From Gammaproteobacteria bacterium (GTDB lineage: Bacteria > Pseudomonadota > Gammaproteobacteria > Pseudomonadales > Azotimanducaceae), in assembly GCA_009843635.1 (NCBI GenBank), contig VYDB01000078.1, positions 1 to 63,645 on the forward strand: 63,645 nt of DNA, in the 5' to 3' direction. The notes under the pieces are model-generated. The model searched no databases and was not told where the DNA came from. It worked only from the letters and a program-made list of their open reading frames with translations. Of the stretch, positions 19,771 to 29,454 are shown in pieces (the first letter of the stretch is position 1; each line of letters opens with the position of its first letter). Both the position numbers and the translations under genes were made by a program.

Positions 19771-20510
19771 ATTTCGGCCGTGGCCCGCCGCGGCCAAGTG
19801 CCCAAACCCGGCAGCTTGATCGCCAAGGGCTTGAAGCGCACGCCCACCGCCAGCCCGAACAGGTTCACTTCCACACCCTCATGCAACGCCGCCAAGACGC
19901 CCGCCAACCCCCAGATCGAAACCTGATAGCCGGTGCCACTTGGGGCGCTCCCTATCAGCGCGCCATCGGCCAGGAAATCCTTGCCGATGGCGGTGGGAGG
20001 CAGGTCGAGGCGCAGTTCCGGCACGCGCCGACCGACAAACCCGGTAAAGGTGTTGCTGTTCGGGCCAGGCAGCGTGCGGTATTCCCCGGCATACGGATAG
20101 GCCGCCACCGCGGCTTCAATCCGGTCGATGAGCGCCTCGACCTCCGGGCCGCGCCGGTCAACGAGCAGTTGCGGCGGATTGGAGAACCACTCGGCATCCG
20201 GAGTGCCTAGCCGCTTCACCACGGCGGTGCCGCCGCGCCGCAAGGCCCAGCCGATGACCTCGTAGCGGACGTAGCGATCCGCATTGGAACGCTTGACGGC
20301 GATCCAAGTATGAACCGCAATGGCTCCGCGCAACCCCCAAGTGCGCGCCGCGTAAACCTGCACCACCGCCTCAGGGGCTTGTGCAGGCGACGGGGCCAGC
20401 CCCGTGGCCGCATGGCTGGCATCGCGCCAATGGGGCTGGTCGGTCAGGGCTCGGTAGGCAATGGAAGCCAAGGCCGGACCCAGAAAGACGATCAGCAGTG
20501 CCAAAGCCAT
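19734..20510 (-). CDS. Hypothetical protein with N-terminal membrane anchor (about 258 aa)
   Basis: ORF 19734..20573 with a likely start at MALALLIVFLGPALASIAY (hydrophobic). I recognise no catalytic motifs. Confidence 0.45.
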   Translation of the reverse strand: MALALLIVFLGPALASIAYRALTDQPHWRDASHAATGLAPSPAQAPEAVVQVYAARTWGLRGAIAVHTWIAVKRSNADRYVRYEVIGWALRRGGTAVVKRLGTPDAEWFSNPPQLLVDRRGPEVEALIDRIEAAVAAYPYAGEYRTLPGPNSNTFTGFVGRRVPELRLDLPPTAIGKDFLADGALIGSAPSGTGYQVSIWGLAGVLAALHEGVEVNLFGLAVGVRFKPLAIKLPGLGTWPRRATAEIHNTSIRSTRSG

Positions 20511-20554
20511 TTTTCGCTTCCGTTCACGCGTCACTGGCACCCTGCACACCGCCT

Positions 20555-21124
20555 CTAATGCTCTGCCGCCCAAGCCAGCACCACCGCCGACAGTTCAGCA
20601 GCCCCCTCCCCGCGAAGCGCCGAGAACAGTTGCGCCGTGGCTGCTTTGCCCAAGCGCTTGCGATAGGCTGCCAGCGCCCGTCCCTGGGCACCGCGCTTGA
20701 GTTTGTCGGCCTTGTTCAGCAGCACGTGCAGCGGCATCTCGGAGGCCAGCGCCCAGTCGATGAACTGCTCATCAAGCGCCATGCCGGGATGACGGATGTC
20801 GGTGACCAGGACCACGCCAGCAAGCTGTTCCCGGAAGCTCAAGTACTCGTTCACCGCAACCTGCCATTGGGCTTGGGATTTGGCGGAAGCCTTGGCGTAG
20901 CCGTAGCCGGGCAGGTCCACGAGGCGAGCGCCGTTGTCCAAGGCGAAAAAGTTGAGCAGGCGGGTGCGGCCAGGGGTCTTGCTCACCTTGGCCGTTTGCC
21001 GGCTGCGGGTGAGGCGGTTGAGCACGCTGGACTTGCCGGCATTGGAGCGGCCAGCGAAGGCCACTTCTGGCGCATCCCCCGCCGGGCAGCGCGCCAGGTC
21101 CGGCGCGCTGACCAGAAACTCCAT
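20555..21124 (-). CDS. engB: Ribosome biogenesis GTP-binding protein YihA/EngB
   Basis: G1 motif GRSNAGKSSVLNRLT, then DLPGYGYA (G3). It sits divergent from cytochrome c4 and dsbA, as in many gammaproteobacteria. Confidence 0.85.
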   Translation of the reverse strand: MEFLVSAPDLARCPAGDAPEVAFAGRSNAGKSSVLNRLTRSRQTAKVSKTPGRTRLLNFFALDNGARLVDLPGYGYAKASAKSQAQWQVAVNEYLSFREQLAGVVLVTDIRHPGMALDEQFIDWALASEMPLHVLLNKADKLKRGAQGRALAAYRKRLGKAATAQLFSALRGEGAAELSAVVLAWAAEH

Positions 21125-21311
21125 GTTTAGGCGATGGTCCACGGCAGTCACTGCATCCGCTCCGGTTTGGGTATAATCCGCGCCCGGTTTCGGCACGGGC
21201 GGTTCGGCACGCCAACGGCATGCCGAACCTGGGTCATTCTAAGCGTTCGCGCAGCAAGCGTTGACGCGCCGTGCCAGACAAGGCTCGACGAAGGTGGGAG
21301 AACGAGGTTTC

Positions 21312-21998
21312 ATGCAGTTTCATAGGGTTCAGACAATTCAATCGGCCTTGGTCGCTCTTTGCCTCGGCTTGGCAGCCACTGCCCACGGGGCGGGAGACCC
21401 GGCGGCAGGCAAGGCGCTGTCCTTGGCCTGCTCGGCTTGCCACGGCATGGACGGCGCCACCGGCCTGGACCCCACCTACCCGGATTTGGCCGGGCAGAAC
21501 GAAAGATACCTGCTGCGCCAGATGCAACACATTCAATCCAACGAGCGACCGATCCTGCTGATGACCGGCCAGCTCACCGGCAAGTCCGAGCAGGACTTGG
21601 AGAACCTGGCCGCCTACTACGCCTCACTGCCCGGCAAGATCAATCAGGCCGGGGGAGACGATGAGGCCATCGCCCAGGCCCAACCCATCTATCGCGGCGG
21701 CATCCTGGAGCGCCGGGTGCCAGCCTGCATGGCCTGCCACTCGCCGGCCGGCGGCGGCAACGCGCCGGCCGGCTTTCCGCGCCTGAGGGGCCAGCCTGCG
21801 GCGTACACCGAGATTCAACTCAAAGCCTTCCGCGAAGGCGAGCGCCGCACGGACGAAGACTACGGCGGCATGATGCGCGACGCAGTGCGTGGACTGACCG
21901 ACAAGGAAATCAGCCTGTTGGCCGACTACCTGCAAGGCCTGATGCCCGCCGACCATGCCTCGGCATCGGCCTCGGACCACAGCACTGCAGCGGACTGA
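21312..21998 (+). CDS. Diheme cytochrome c4
   Basis: Signal peptide MQFHRVQTIQSALVALCLGLAATAHG. Two CxxCH motifs (CSACHG, CMACHS). Confidence 0.85.
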   Translation: MQFHRVQTIQSALVALCLGLAATAHGAGDPAAGKALSLACSACHGMDGATGLDPTYPDLAGQNERYLLRQMQHIQSNERPILLMTGQLTGKSEQDLENLAAYYASLPGKINQAGGDDEAIAQAQPIYRGGILERRVPACMACHSPAGGGNAPAGFPRLRGQPAAYTEIQLKAFREGERRTDEDYGGMMRDAVRGLTDKEISLLADYLQGLMPADHASASASDHSTAAD

Positions 21999-22026
21999 GT
22001 TCGTCCGCCGACCAAGGGAGAACGCC

Positions 22027-22680
22027 ATGCGCCGATTCAAGTTGCTGCTGGGCATCGCTGCCGCGCTGACGGCCTGCGTCTGCCAAGCCGAGGCGGCTTT
22101 CCAGGAGGGCGTCCACTACCAACGGCTGCCCGTTCCGGTTGACACCGCCGACGCGAGCCGGGTTGAAGTGGTCGAGGTGTTCAGCTACGCCTGCATCCAC
22201 TGCTACACCTTCGAGCCCTACATCGAGGCTTGGCGGGCCAAGCTCGACGACGACGTGGCGTTTCGGCAAGTGCCCGCGGTGTTCAGCCCCCAGTGGCGGG
22301 AATTCGCCCGCATATTCTACGCAGCCGTTCAACTCGGAGTCCTGGAACAGGTGCATGGCAGCATCTTCGAAGCCTTGCACGAACGCGGGCAAAATCTCCT
22401 TGACCGCTCCATTGCCACCCGCTTCTTCGCCACAACGGCCGAAGTCGATGGCAGGGATTTTGAAGCGGCGCTCACCTCGTTCAGCGTGGAAGGTCAAGTG
22501 CAGCGCGCCGTTGCGGCCGGCAAGGCCTACGGCATCACCGGAACCCCCAGTCTAGTGGTCAACGGCAAGTTCCGCATCGACACCAGGATGGCGGGCGGCA
22601 GCTATTCCGCGATGCTTGAGGTGGCCGACTTTCTGATCGCTGCCGAACGCGCCTTGGCCAGCGAGGAAGCTGACCAATAG
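22027..22680 (+). CDS. dsbA: Thiol:disulfide interchange protein DsbA
   Basis: Signal peptide MRRFKLLLGIAAALTACVCQAEA. Thioredoxin-fold active site FSYACIHCYTFEP (CxxC). Confidence 0.85.
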   Translation: MRRFKLLLGIAAALTACVCQAEAAFQEGVHYQRLPVPVDTADASRVEVVEVFSYACIHCYTFEPYIEAWRAKLDDDVAFRQVPAVFSPQWREFARIFYAAVQLGVLEQVHGSIFEALHERGQNLLDRSIATRFFATTAEVDGRDFEAALTSFSVEGQVQRAVAAGKAYGITGTPSLVVNGKFRIDTRMAGGSYSAMLEVADFLIAAERALASEEADQ

Positions 22681-22684
22681 AAAG

Positions 22685-23491
22685 ATGCCGCAGCGGACCA
22701 CGCAGGCACTATCCCGGCACCGAGTTGCGCAGCAATTCGAAACCTTGGCCGAAGGCCAAGGCCTGCGGCTGCTGAGCTTCAACATCCAAGTCGGGATCAA
22801 GACCAGCCGCTACCGTCAGTACGTCACCAAGGGCTGGAAGCACGTGCTGCCCCACTTCAGCCGCCAGCAAAACCTGCAGCGCATCGCCGACGTGGTGGCG
22901 GGCTATGACTTCGTGGCACTGCAGGAGGTGGACGGCGGCAGCCTGCGCAGCGGCTTCGTCAATCAGGTCGAGTACCTCGCGGCATGGGCAGGCTTTCCCC
23001 ATTGGTACGCCCAATTGAATCGCGACCTCGGTCCGCTGGCCCAGCACGGCAACGGCCTGCTGACCCGGGTGAGGCCGATCAGCCTCGAGGACCACAAGCT
23101 GCCCGGCTTGATTCCCGGCCGAGGCGCCATCGTCGCGCGCCTGCCCTGCCAAGGGGCGCAGATTCTGGTGGTGCTGCTGCACCTGTCCTTGGGCGGCGTC
23201 TCCCGGCAAGCCCAGTTGGCCTATGTCCGGGAGCTGATTCGCGGCGAAGACCACGCCGTGGTCATGGGCGACATGAATGGCCTCCTGGCGCGCCTGCTGT
23301 CGCGCTCGCCGCTCAAGCACTCCCCGCTGCGTTCCGCTGCGGCACCGGAACCCACTTGGCCGGCCTGGAGTCCGGCCCTGGCTTTGGACCACGTGCTGGT
23401 CACCCCCGGCATCCGCGTGGACGACCACGCCGTGCTCGATTGCCATCTGTCGGATCACCGGCCGGTCGCGGTGACCCTGACGCCGCGCTGA
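22685..23491 (+). CDS. Endonuclease/exonuclease/phosphatase (EEP) family protein
   Basis: LRLLSFNIQVG..., DFVALQEVDGGS..., and C-terminal LDHVLVTPGIRVDDHAVLDCHLSDHRPV, typical of the EEP fold. Confidence 0.7.
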   Translation: MPQRTTQALSRHRVAQQFETLAEGQGLRLLSFNIQVGIKTSRYRQYVTKGWKHVLPHFSRQQNLQRIADVVAGYDFVALQEVDGGSLRSGFVNQVEYLAAWAGFPHWYAQLNRDLGPLAQHGNGLLTRVRPISLEDHKLPGLIPGRGAIVARLPCQGAQILVVLLHLSLGGVSRQAQLAYVRELIRGEDHAVVMGDMNGLLARLLSRSPLKHSPLRSAAAPEPTWPAWSPALALDHVLVTPGIRVDDHAVLDCHLSDHRPVAVTLTPR

Positions 23492-23500
23492 GGCCCAACG

Positions 23501-26170
23501 ATGCCAGTCACCCGACCCTCCGAGCAGCCAATCGACGACGAATGGCGGCTTGAGCAGCAGGAGTGGTTCGAAGCCTTGGACGACGTGCTTGAAAACCGTG
23601 GCGAGGAGGAGACCCGCGCCCTGCTGCTCGGTCTTCAGCAACGCTTGAGCCGCCAGGGCGTCGTGTTGACTGAAGCGGCTCTGAACACGCCCTACAAGAA
23701 CACCATCGACCTAAAGGACCAGCCCGAATATCCCGGCGACATCGAGCTCGAGACGCGCATCGGCAACGTGATCCGTTGGAACGCGGTGGCCATGGTGCTG
23801 CAGGCCTTCGACAGCGGCTCCGGGGTGGGCGGACACATCGCCACCTACCTGTCCGCAGCGACCATGATGGAGGTGGGCTTGAACCACGTGTTCCACGTCG
23901 GCACCGAGCCAGGCGACGGCGACCAGGTGCACTTCCAAGCCCACACCTCGCCCGGCATCTACGCCAGAGCCTTCCTGGAAGGACGCCTGAGCGAAACCCA
24001 GCTCGCCAACTTCCGCCGCGAACTTGGCCAGGGCGGCGGCCTGCCGTCCTATCCCCATCCCCGGCGCCTGCCTTGGTTCTGGACCATGCCCACCGCCAGC
24101 ATGGGCCTGTCCACCCCCTGCGCCATCTACCAGGCGCGGTTCGCCAAGTACTTGGAGAGCCGGGGCCTCAAGAAGTCCGGGGACGGTAAGATCTGGGCCT
24201 TCATCGGCGACGGCGAGGCCGATGAGCCGGAAGTGCTCGGCACCATCAACATCGCCAGCCGAGAGGAGCTCGACAACCTGGTGCTGGTGGTCAACTGCAA
24301 CTTGCAGCGCCTCGACGGACCGGTGCGCGGCAACGGCAAGATCATCCAGGAGCTGGAGCGCTCCTTCCGGGGCGCGGATTGGCATGTCATCAAGGTCATC
24401 TGGGGCGGCGGTTGGGACCCGATCCTGGCCCGCGACCACCACGGCGTGCTGCAGGCGCGCATGGAGCAGGCGGTCGATGGCGACTACCAGATGTACACCG
24501 TCTCTCCCGGCGACGCCGTGCGCGAGCACTGGGTGGAGCACACGCCGGAACTGCGCGAATTGATGAAGACCCTCACCGATGAGGAAGTTCGCTCCATTCA
24601 GCGCGGCGGCCAGGACCACCGCAAGATCTACGCCGCCTTCCGCCAAGCCGCCGAGGTGCGCGGCAAGCCTTGCGTGGTGCTGCTGAAGACGGTTAAAGGC
24701 GATGGCTTAGGTCCCGGCGCCGAGGGCGCCAACACCGTGCATCAGAAGAAGTACCTATCCCCCGACGAACGCCGGGAACTGGCCAAGCGCTTCGACATTC
24801 CCCTGTCCGATGAGGACGTTCTGCGCGCCGCCTTCTACCACCCGGCGGAAGACTCCCGGGAGATGCGCTACCTGCGGGCGCGGCGCGAGGCGCTCGGCGG
24901 CTTCATGCCCAGCCGGGAGGTGCGTTGCGAGCGCCTAGAGGCACCCGATCTCGACCTGTTCGCTGACCTCCTTAAAGGGTCGCAGCGAGAGGCTTCCACC
25001 ACCATGGTGGTGGTGCGGATGCTCTCCCGCCTGCTGCGCGACAAACGCCTCGGCCGCTACATCGTGCCCATCGTGCCCGATGAGGCGCGCACCTTCGGCA
25101 TGGACGGCCTGTTTCCCCAAGCCGGCATCTACTCGCCGGAGGGGCAGCGCTACCAGCCGGTCGATTTCGGCACCATCGCTCCCTACAAGGAGTCGGAGGA
25201 CGGCCAGATTCTCCAAGAGGGCATCTGTGAGACCGGCGCCATGGCCTCCTTCCTAGCCGCCGGCACCGCCTACGCCAACTACGGCCTGCCGATGATTCCG
25301 TTCTACATCTTCTATTCCATCTTCGGCTTTCAACGAGTCGGCGACATGATCTGGGCCTGCGGCGACATGATGTGCAAGGGCTTTCTGCTCGGCGGCACCT
25401 CCGGGCGCACCACCTTGAACGGCGAAGGGGTGCAGCACCAGGACGGCCACTCGCAACTGATCGCCAGCACGGTGCCCAACCTCAAGAGCTTCGACCCGGC
25501 CTTCGCCTACGAGATTGCGCTGATCGTGCGCGACGGCATCCGCGCCATGTACCAGGAGCGGCAAGACATCTTCTACTACATCACCCTGACCAACCAAGCC
25601 TACCCGATGCCACCGATGCCGGAAGGCATAGAGGAGGGCGTGCTGCAGGGCATGTACTGCTTCGACCGCGCCGAAGGGGCGACGGTAAACCTGTTCGGCA
25701 GCGGTGCGGTGATGACCGAGGTGCTGCGGGCCCGGGACCTGCTCAGCGCCGACGGCGTGCGCAGCAACGTCTGGAGCGTCACCAGCTACAACGAGCTGGC
25801 GCGCCAAGCCCGGCACGTGGAGCGCCAGCAGATGCTGCGCCTCGGCGGCACCGAGGAGAAGCCCTACGTGCAAGTGCTGCTCGAAGGCGAGAGCGGCGTC
25901 TTCATCGCCGCTTCGGACTACATGAAGGCGCTGCCGGGCATGATCGCGCCTTGGATTCCCGGCGCCTACACCGTGCTCGGCACTGACGGCTTCGGCCTGT
26001 CCGAGGCCCGCGACCGGCTCCGGGACTACTTCGAGGTCTCTGGGGAGTGGATTGCCTTCGCGGCGCTCTCCACGCTGGCCCAGAGCAACTTGGCGCCCGG
26101 GCAAGCCGCCTTGGACTTCGCCAAACGGCACGCGCTGAACCTCGATCAGGCCGACCCCGTTTGGGCCTGA
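23501..26170 (+). CDS. aceE: Pyruvate dehydrogenase E1 component (homodimeric type)
   Basis: 889 aa. The N-terminus DDEWRLEQQEWFEALDDVLENRGEEETRALLLGLQQRL and the thiamine-diphosphate-binding region GDGEADEPE match AceE. Confidence 0.95.
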   Translation: MPVTRPSEQPIDDEWRLEQQEWFEALDDVLENRGEEETRALLLGLQQRLSRQGVVLTEAALNTPYKNTIDLKDQPEYPGDIELETRIGNVIRWNAVAMVLQAFDSGSGVGGHIATYLSAATMMEVGLNHVFHVGTEPGDGDQVHFQAHTSPGIYARAFLEGRLSETQLANFRRELGQGGGLPSYPHPRRLPWFWTMPTASMGLSTPCAIYQARFAKYLESRGLKKSGDGKIWAFIGDGEADEPEVLGTINIASREELDNLVLVVNCNLQRLDGPVRGNGKIIQELERSFRGADWHVIKVIWGGGWDPILARDHHGVLQARMEQAVDGDYQMYTVSPGDAVREHWVEHTPELRELMKTLTDEEVRSIQRGGQDHRKIYAAFRQAAEVRGKPCVVLLKTVKGDGLGPGAEGANTVHQKKYLSPDERRELAKRFDIPLSDEDVLRAAFYHPAEDSREMRYLRARREALGGFMPSREVRCERLEAPDLDLFADLLKGSQREASTTMVVVRMLSRLLRDKRLGRYIVPIVPDEARTFGMDGLFPQAGIYSPEGQRYQPVDFGTIAPYKESEDGQILQEGICETGAMASFLAAGTAYANYGLPMIPFYIFYSIFGFQRVGDMIWACGDMMCKGFLLGGTSGRTTLNGEGVQHQDGHSQLIASTVPNLKSFDPAFAYEIALIVRDGIRAMYQERQDIFYYITLTNQAYPMPPMPEGIEEGVLQGMYCFDRAEGATVNLFGSGAVMTEVLRARDLLSADGVRSNVWSVTSYNELARQARHVERQQMLRLGGTEEKPYVQVLLEGESGVFIAASDYMKALPGMIAPWIPGAYTVLGTDGFGLSEARDRLRDYFEVSGEWIAFAALSTLAQSNLAPGQAALDFAKRHALNLDQADPVWA

Positions 26171-26973
26171 AGCGGCCACCACCAGCAGGGCCCCGGCGGC
26201 GGGCGCGGCGGGTCCACATCGTCGGCTGCCGCCGCAGCGGCACCACCCTGATGATGGAACTGCTCTGGTACAGCTACGCCTTCAGTGGCCGCGGCGAGCA
26301 CGAAACCTCCCTGCTGGAGCCGGTGCCGCCCGGCGAGACCCTCTACCTCACCAAGAAACCGCCGGACACCACGCGCATCACCCCGGCCTTTCTGCGCGAC
26401 AGCGATACCTACCTGATCGCCATGCTGCGGGACCCCAGGGCGGTGGTCGCGAGCCGCCACCGCAACCGTCCGGACGTGTACTTCGCAAGCTTCCAGCGCT
26501 GGCGCGCCTACGCCACCGCCATCAAGCGCTTAGGCGGCCATCCGCGCTTCGCCGTCATCCGCTTTGAATCCCTGGTCACCGCACCGGATGCCGTGCAAGC
26601 GGACATCGAAACTTGGCTGCCCTTCCTGAGCCGCAGCCGCGCCTTCACCGAGTATCCCGAAGGGGCTGCCGTGCCGCCCCTAGCCGAAGCGTCGCTCAAC
26701 GGCGCGCGTCCTTTCGACGCCTCTCGCCTGGACGGCTGGCGCACCCACCTGCCCCGCATCAAGGGCCAACTCGAAGCCCACCCGGACTTGACCGAAAGCC
26801 TGATCGAGTTCGGCTACGAAGCCGACGACGCCTGGACCGCCCTGCTCGAAGGCGTCGCCCCCTACCGCCAAACCTACAAGGAAACGCCTCCGTCCCCGTT
26901 ACGGCGCTGGGAGACCAACCTCCGCTACCGCCTCAAGACCCGCCGTTACCTGCGCAGCAGAAGCCTGCGCTAG
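26161..26973 (+). CDS. Sulfotransferase family protein (fourth in the window). The start is uncertain: either non-ATG near 26161-26167, or the in-frame ATG at 26047 inside aceE
   Basis: 5'-PSB VHIVGCRRSGTTLMMEL and 3'-PB AMLRDPRAVVASRH motifs. The in-frame ORF 26047..26973 overlaps the aceE 3' end. Confidence 0.6.
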   Translation: MGLKRPPPAGPRRRARRVHIVGCRRSGTTLMMELLWYSYAFSGRGEHETSLLEPVPPGETLYLTKKPPDTTRITPAFLRDSDTYLIAMLRDPRAVVASRHRNRPDVYFASFQRWRAYATAIKRLGGHPRFAVIRFESLVTAPDAVQADIETWLPFLSRSRAFTEYPEGAAVPPLAEASLNGARPFDASRLDGWRTHLPRIKGQLEAHPDLTESLIEFGYEADDAWTALLEGVAPYRQTYKETPPSPLRRWETNLRYRLKTRRYLRSRSLR

Positions 26974-27027
26974 CTCATCGAATCGCGGTTCAGGTTCCGC
27001 ATTCGGGCCCATCAGGTCCAGCCTTTC

Positions 27028-27231
27028 CTATAGCCGCCCAGCGCTGTCCGCCTCGTCCAAGATGGCGGTCAGCAGATCGCGGGCGGTGGCGCCTTCGTCC
27101 TTGCCCACTTCGCCGCTCTTGGAGCTGATTCCGGGAATGCGGGCGATCATTAGGGTGCCGGAAACGGAATAGACGCCGGAATAGCGCTTGCCCTTGTAGT
27201 CGATGGGCAACTGGGTGGTGGGTGTGGCCAT
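27028..27231 (-). CDS. Small hypothetical protein (about 67 aa)
   Basis: ORF 27028..27309 on the minus strand, in the gap between the sulfotransferase and the NPP gene. A possible start is at MATPTTQLPIDYKGKRYSG. There is no homology-based support. Confidence 0.25.
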   Translation of the reverse strand: MATPTTQLPIDYKGKRYSGVYSVSGTLMIARIPGISSKSGEVGKDEGATARDLLTAILDEADSAGRL

Positions 27232-27295
27232 GTTGGGGGTTCGCCGGAAAAAAATTGCCGGATAAGATAGCACGGAAACCGCACCGGCTTCGCAA

Positions 27296-28525
27296 ATGAA
27301 ACCCCTCATCGGTCGCCGTGCCGAGCGGCTCGCTCAGACCATGCTCGTCCTGTTGAGTGCCCTTGCCATTGGGACAGCAAGCGCCGCCGGCAGCGGGACG
27401 GTAGTTCTGATTTCCATGGATGGCGTGCGCCACGACTTCCTCGATGCCACTCCGCTTCCGGCCTTGGAACGCATGCAGCGCGAAGGGGCGCGGGCCGAGC
27501 GGTTGATACCAGTCTATCCGTCCAACACTTTCCCCGGCCACGTCTCCATCGCCACCGGCACCTGGCCCGATGTCCACGGCATCATCGACAACCACTTTGA
27601 GGACGCCGAGCACGGCGTGTACCGCTACAACGGGGATGCCGACTGGATCAAGGCGGAACCCCTGTGGGCGGCGGCGGAACGCCAAGGGGTGCCCGCCGCC
27701 ACTTACTTCTGGGTCGGTTCGGAGACCGACTGGAACGGCATCGGCGCCCGCCACCGCATGACACCCTTCGACCCGAACCGGCCCGAGACGGAAAAGGCCG
27801 GGCAAGTGCTCCGCTGGCTGCGCCTGCCCAAGACGCAACGCCCGCGGCTCATCATGAGCTATTGGGCAGGCGTGGACTCCGTCGCTCACCGCCAGGGCCC
27901 CGCCGACCCTGCCGTGGCCGCGCAGCTCCGCCTTCAGGACGCCGCCCTCCGGCACCTGCTGGCCGGCATCGACGCCATGGACCGGTGGCACACCCTGACC
28001 CTGTTGGTGGTGAGCGACCACGGCATGACGGTGGCGGGCGAATTGATTGACGCCGCCGCCGCGTTGGCCGATGCAGGCGTCAAGGCCCGAGTGCTCGGCT
28101 CGGCGGTGGCCAACGTCTATCTGGAAAACGCCCAAGACCTCGAAGCGGCCACTGCGGCCTTGGCTGGCTTGAACAACGTGCGGGTGCGCCATCGAGCCGA
28201 CATCCCCGCCGCTTGGCGCCTGCGCCATGATGGGCGCACCGGCGACCTGGTGGCCGCCACCGTGCCGCCCTTCGTGCTTTCTCCACCATCCAACCCCCTG
28301 TGCGCCTTGATGCCGAGCCGCTGCCTCTCCCCCGGCAACCACGGCTACAGCCCGGACCATCCCGACATGGGCGGCATCCTGCTCGCCCTTGGCCGTGGCG
28401 TCCAAGCAGGCGCACGGCTGCCTCCCGCCCACCAGACCGACATCGCCGCCACCGTCGCCCGCCTGCTCGGCATCACCCCACCCGCCCAATCGGAAGGGAC
28501 GCCCATTGCGGGCATCGGCGGTTGA
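27296..28525 (+). CDS. Nucleotide pyrophosphatase/phosphodiesterase (type I phosphodiesterase, alkaline-phosphatase superfamily)
   Basis: Signal-peptide-like N-terminus. GTVVLISMDGVRHDFL and PVYPSNTFPGHVSIATGTWPDVHGII give the metal-binding and catalytic-Thr region of NPPs. The minus-strand ORF 26990..28594 is a shadow. Confidence 0.85.
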   Translation: MKPLIGRRAERLAQTMLVLLSALAIGTASAAGSGTVVLISMDGVRHDFLDATPLPALERMQREGARAERLIPVYPSNTFPGHVSIATGTWPDVHGIIDNHFEDAEHGVYRYNGDADWIKAEPLWAAAERQGVPAATYFWVGSETDWNGIGARHRMTPFDPNRPETEKAGQVLRWLRLPKTQRPRLIMSYWAGVDSVAHRQGPADPAVAAQLRLQDAALRHLLAGIDAMDRWHTLTLLVVSDHGMTVAGELIDAAAALADAGVKARVLGSAVANVYLENAQDLEAATAALAGLNNVRVRHRADIPAAWRLRHDGRTGDLVAATVPPFVLSPPSNPLCALMPSRCLSPGNHGYSPDHPDMGGILLALGRGVQAGARLPPAHQTDIAATVARLLGITPPAQSEGTPIAGIGG

Positions 28526-28608
28526 CCCAACGGACATTGCCCAACAATTCATCGATCTTCTGTGGCACACTTTTGCGCTTGGCTTGGCGCGCAAATCGAG
28601 AGACCGAA

Positions 28609-29454
28609 ATGAAGATAAGCCCCACGGACAACGGCTGCGGTGCCGAGATTGAAGGCGTCAACCTGCATGCCATGTCGAACGATGAAGTGGAAGCCATCGC
28701 CGATGCCCAGGCGGCCTATGGCGTGGTTTTCTTCCGCGGTCAAACGCTGACCGCCGATGATCAGCTCGCTGCCGCAGGGCGCTTCGGTCGGATCAACGTC
28801 AATCGTTTCTTCACGCCAGTGCCAGAGCAGCCGAAGGTGGCCATAGTGCTGAAGGAACCCCACCACAAAGTCAACGTCGGCGGCGGCTGGCACACCGACC
28901 ACTCCTACGACGACGCGCCAGCGTTGGGCTCCATGCTGTATGCCCTGGAAGTGCCGAGTTCCGGCGGAGACACGCTGTTCGCGAGCATGTACAAGGCCTA
29001 TGAGGCGCTCTCCCCGGAACTGCGGCGAACCGTTGAAGGACTGCGCGCCGTGCATTCGAGCCGCCATGTCTTCGGCGCCAAAGGCGCCTATGCCAAGAAG
29101 GGTGACGAGCGTTATCACAACGCCGAGCGAGCCACCCAGGACGCCCTGCATCCCGTGGTGATCCGTCACCCCCGTTCGGGGCGGCCAGCGCTGTACGTGA
29201 ATCCGGGTTTCACGGTGCGCATCGATGGCTGGTCGGAAGAGGAATCGCGATCGTTGCTGGAACGCCTTTACGAGGTCGCCGCCCGGGAAGAGCACACCTG
29301 CCGGTTCCGCTGGGAGGTCGGCAGCGTTGCGTTCTGGGACAATCGAGCGACTTGGCACTACGCCCTCAACGACTACCCAGGACAACGGCGGCTGATGCAT
29401 CGGGTGACGGTGGAAGGCGGAACACTCAGTCCCTTCGACGCGGCCCATGGCTGA
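28609..29454 (+). CDS. Fe(II)/2-oxoglutarate-dependent dioxygenase, TauD/TfdA family (taurine dioxygenase / alkylsulfatase-like)
   Basis: MKISPTDNGCGAEIEGVNL..., and the HTDHSYDDAPALGSMLYALEVPSSGGDTLFASM (HxD...H facial triad) typical of TauD/AtsK. Confidence 0.8.
   Translation: MKISPTDNGCGAEIEGVNLHAMSNDEVEAIADAQAAYGVVFFRGQTLTADDQLAAAGRFGRINVNRFFTPVPEQPKVAIVLKEPHHKVNVGGGWHTDHSYDDAPALGSMLYALEVPSSGGDTLFASMYKAYEALSPELRRTVEGLRAVHSSRHVFGAKGAYAKKGDERYHNAERATQDALHPVVIRHPRSGRPALYVNPGFTVRIDGWSEEESRSLLERLYEVAAREEHTCRFRWEVGSVAFWDNRATWHYALNDYPGQRRLMHRVTVEGGTLSPFDAAHG

Noticed and set aside
23711-26182. Several long minus-strand ORFs (23711..24646, 25253..26182) and + frame ORFs (24024..24563, 25372..25986) within aceE
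   Set aside because: All overlap the 889-aa AceE reading frame, which has clear E1 motifs. The alternates are Arg/Ala/Gly-rich GC-frame artefacts.
26990-28594. 534-aa minus-strand ORF
   Set aside because: It is antisense to the NPP phosphodiesterase gene (27296..28525), whose translation has clear catalytic motifs. The minus-strand product is a G/R/A/P-rich low-complexity sequence.
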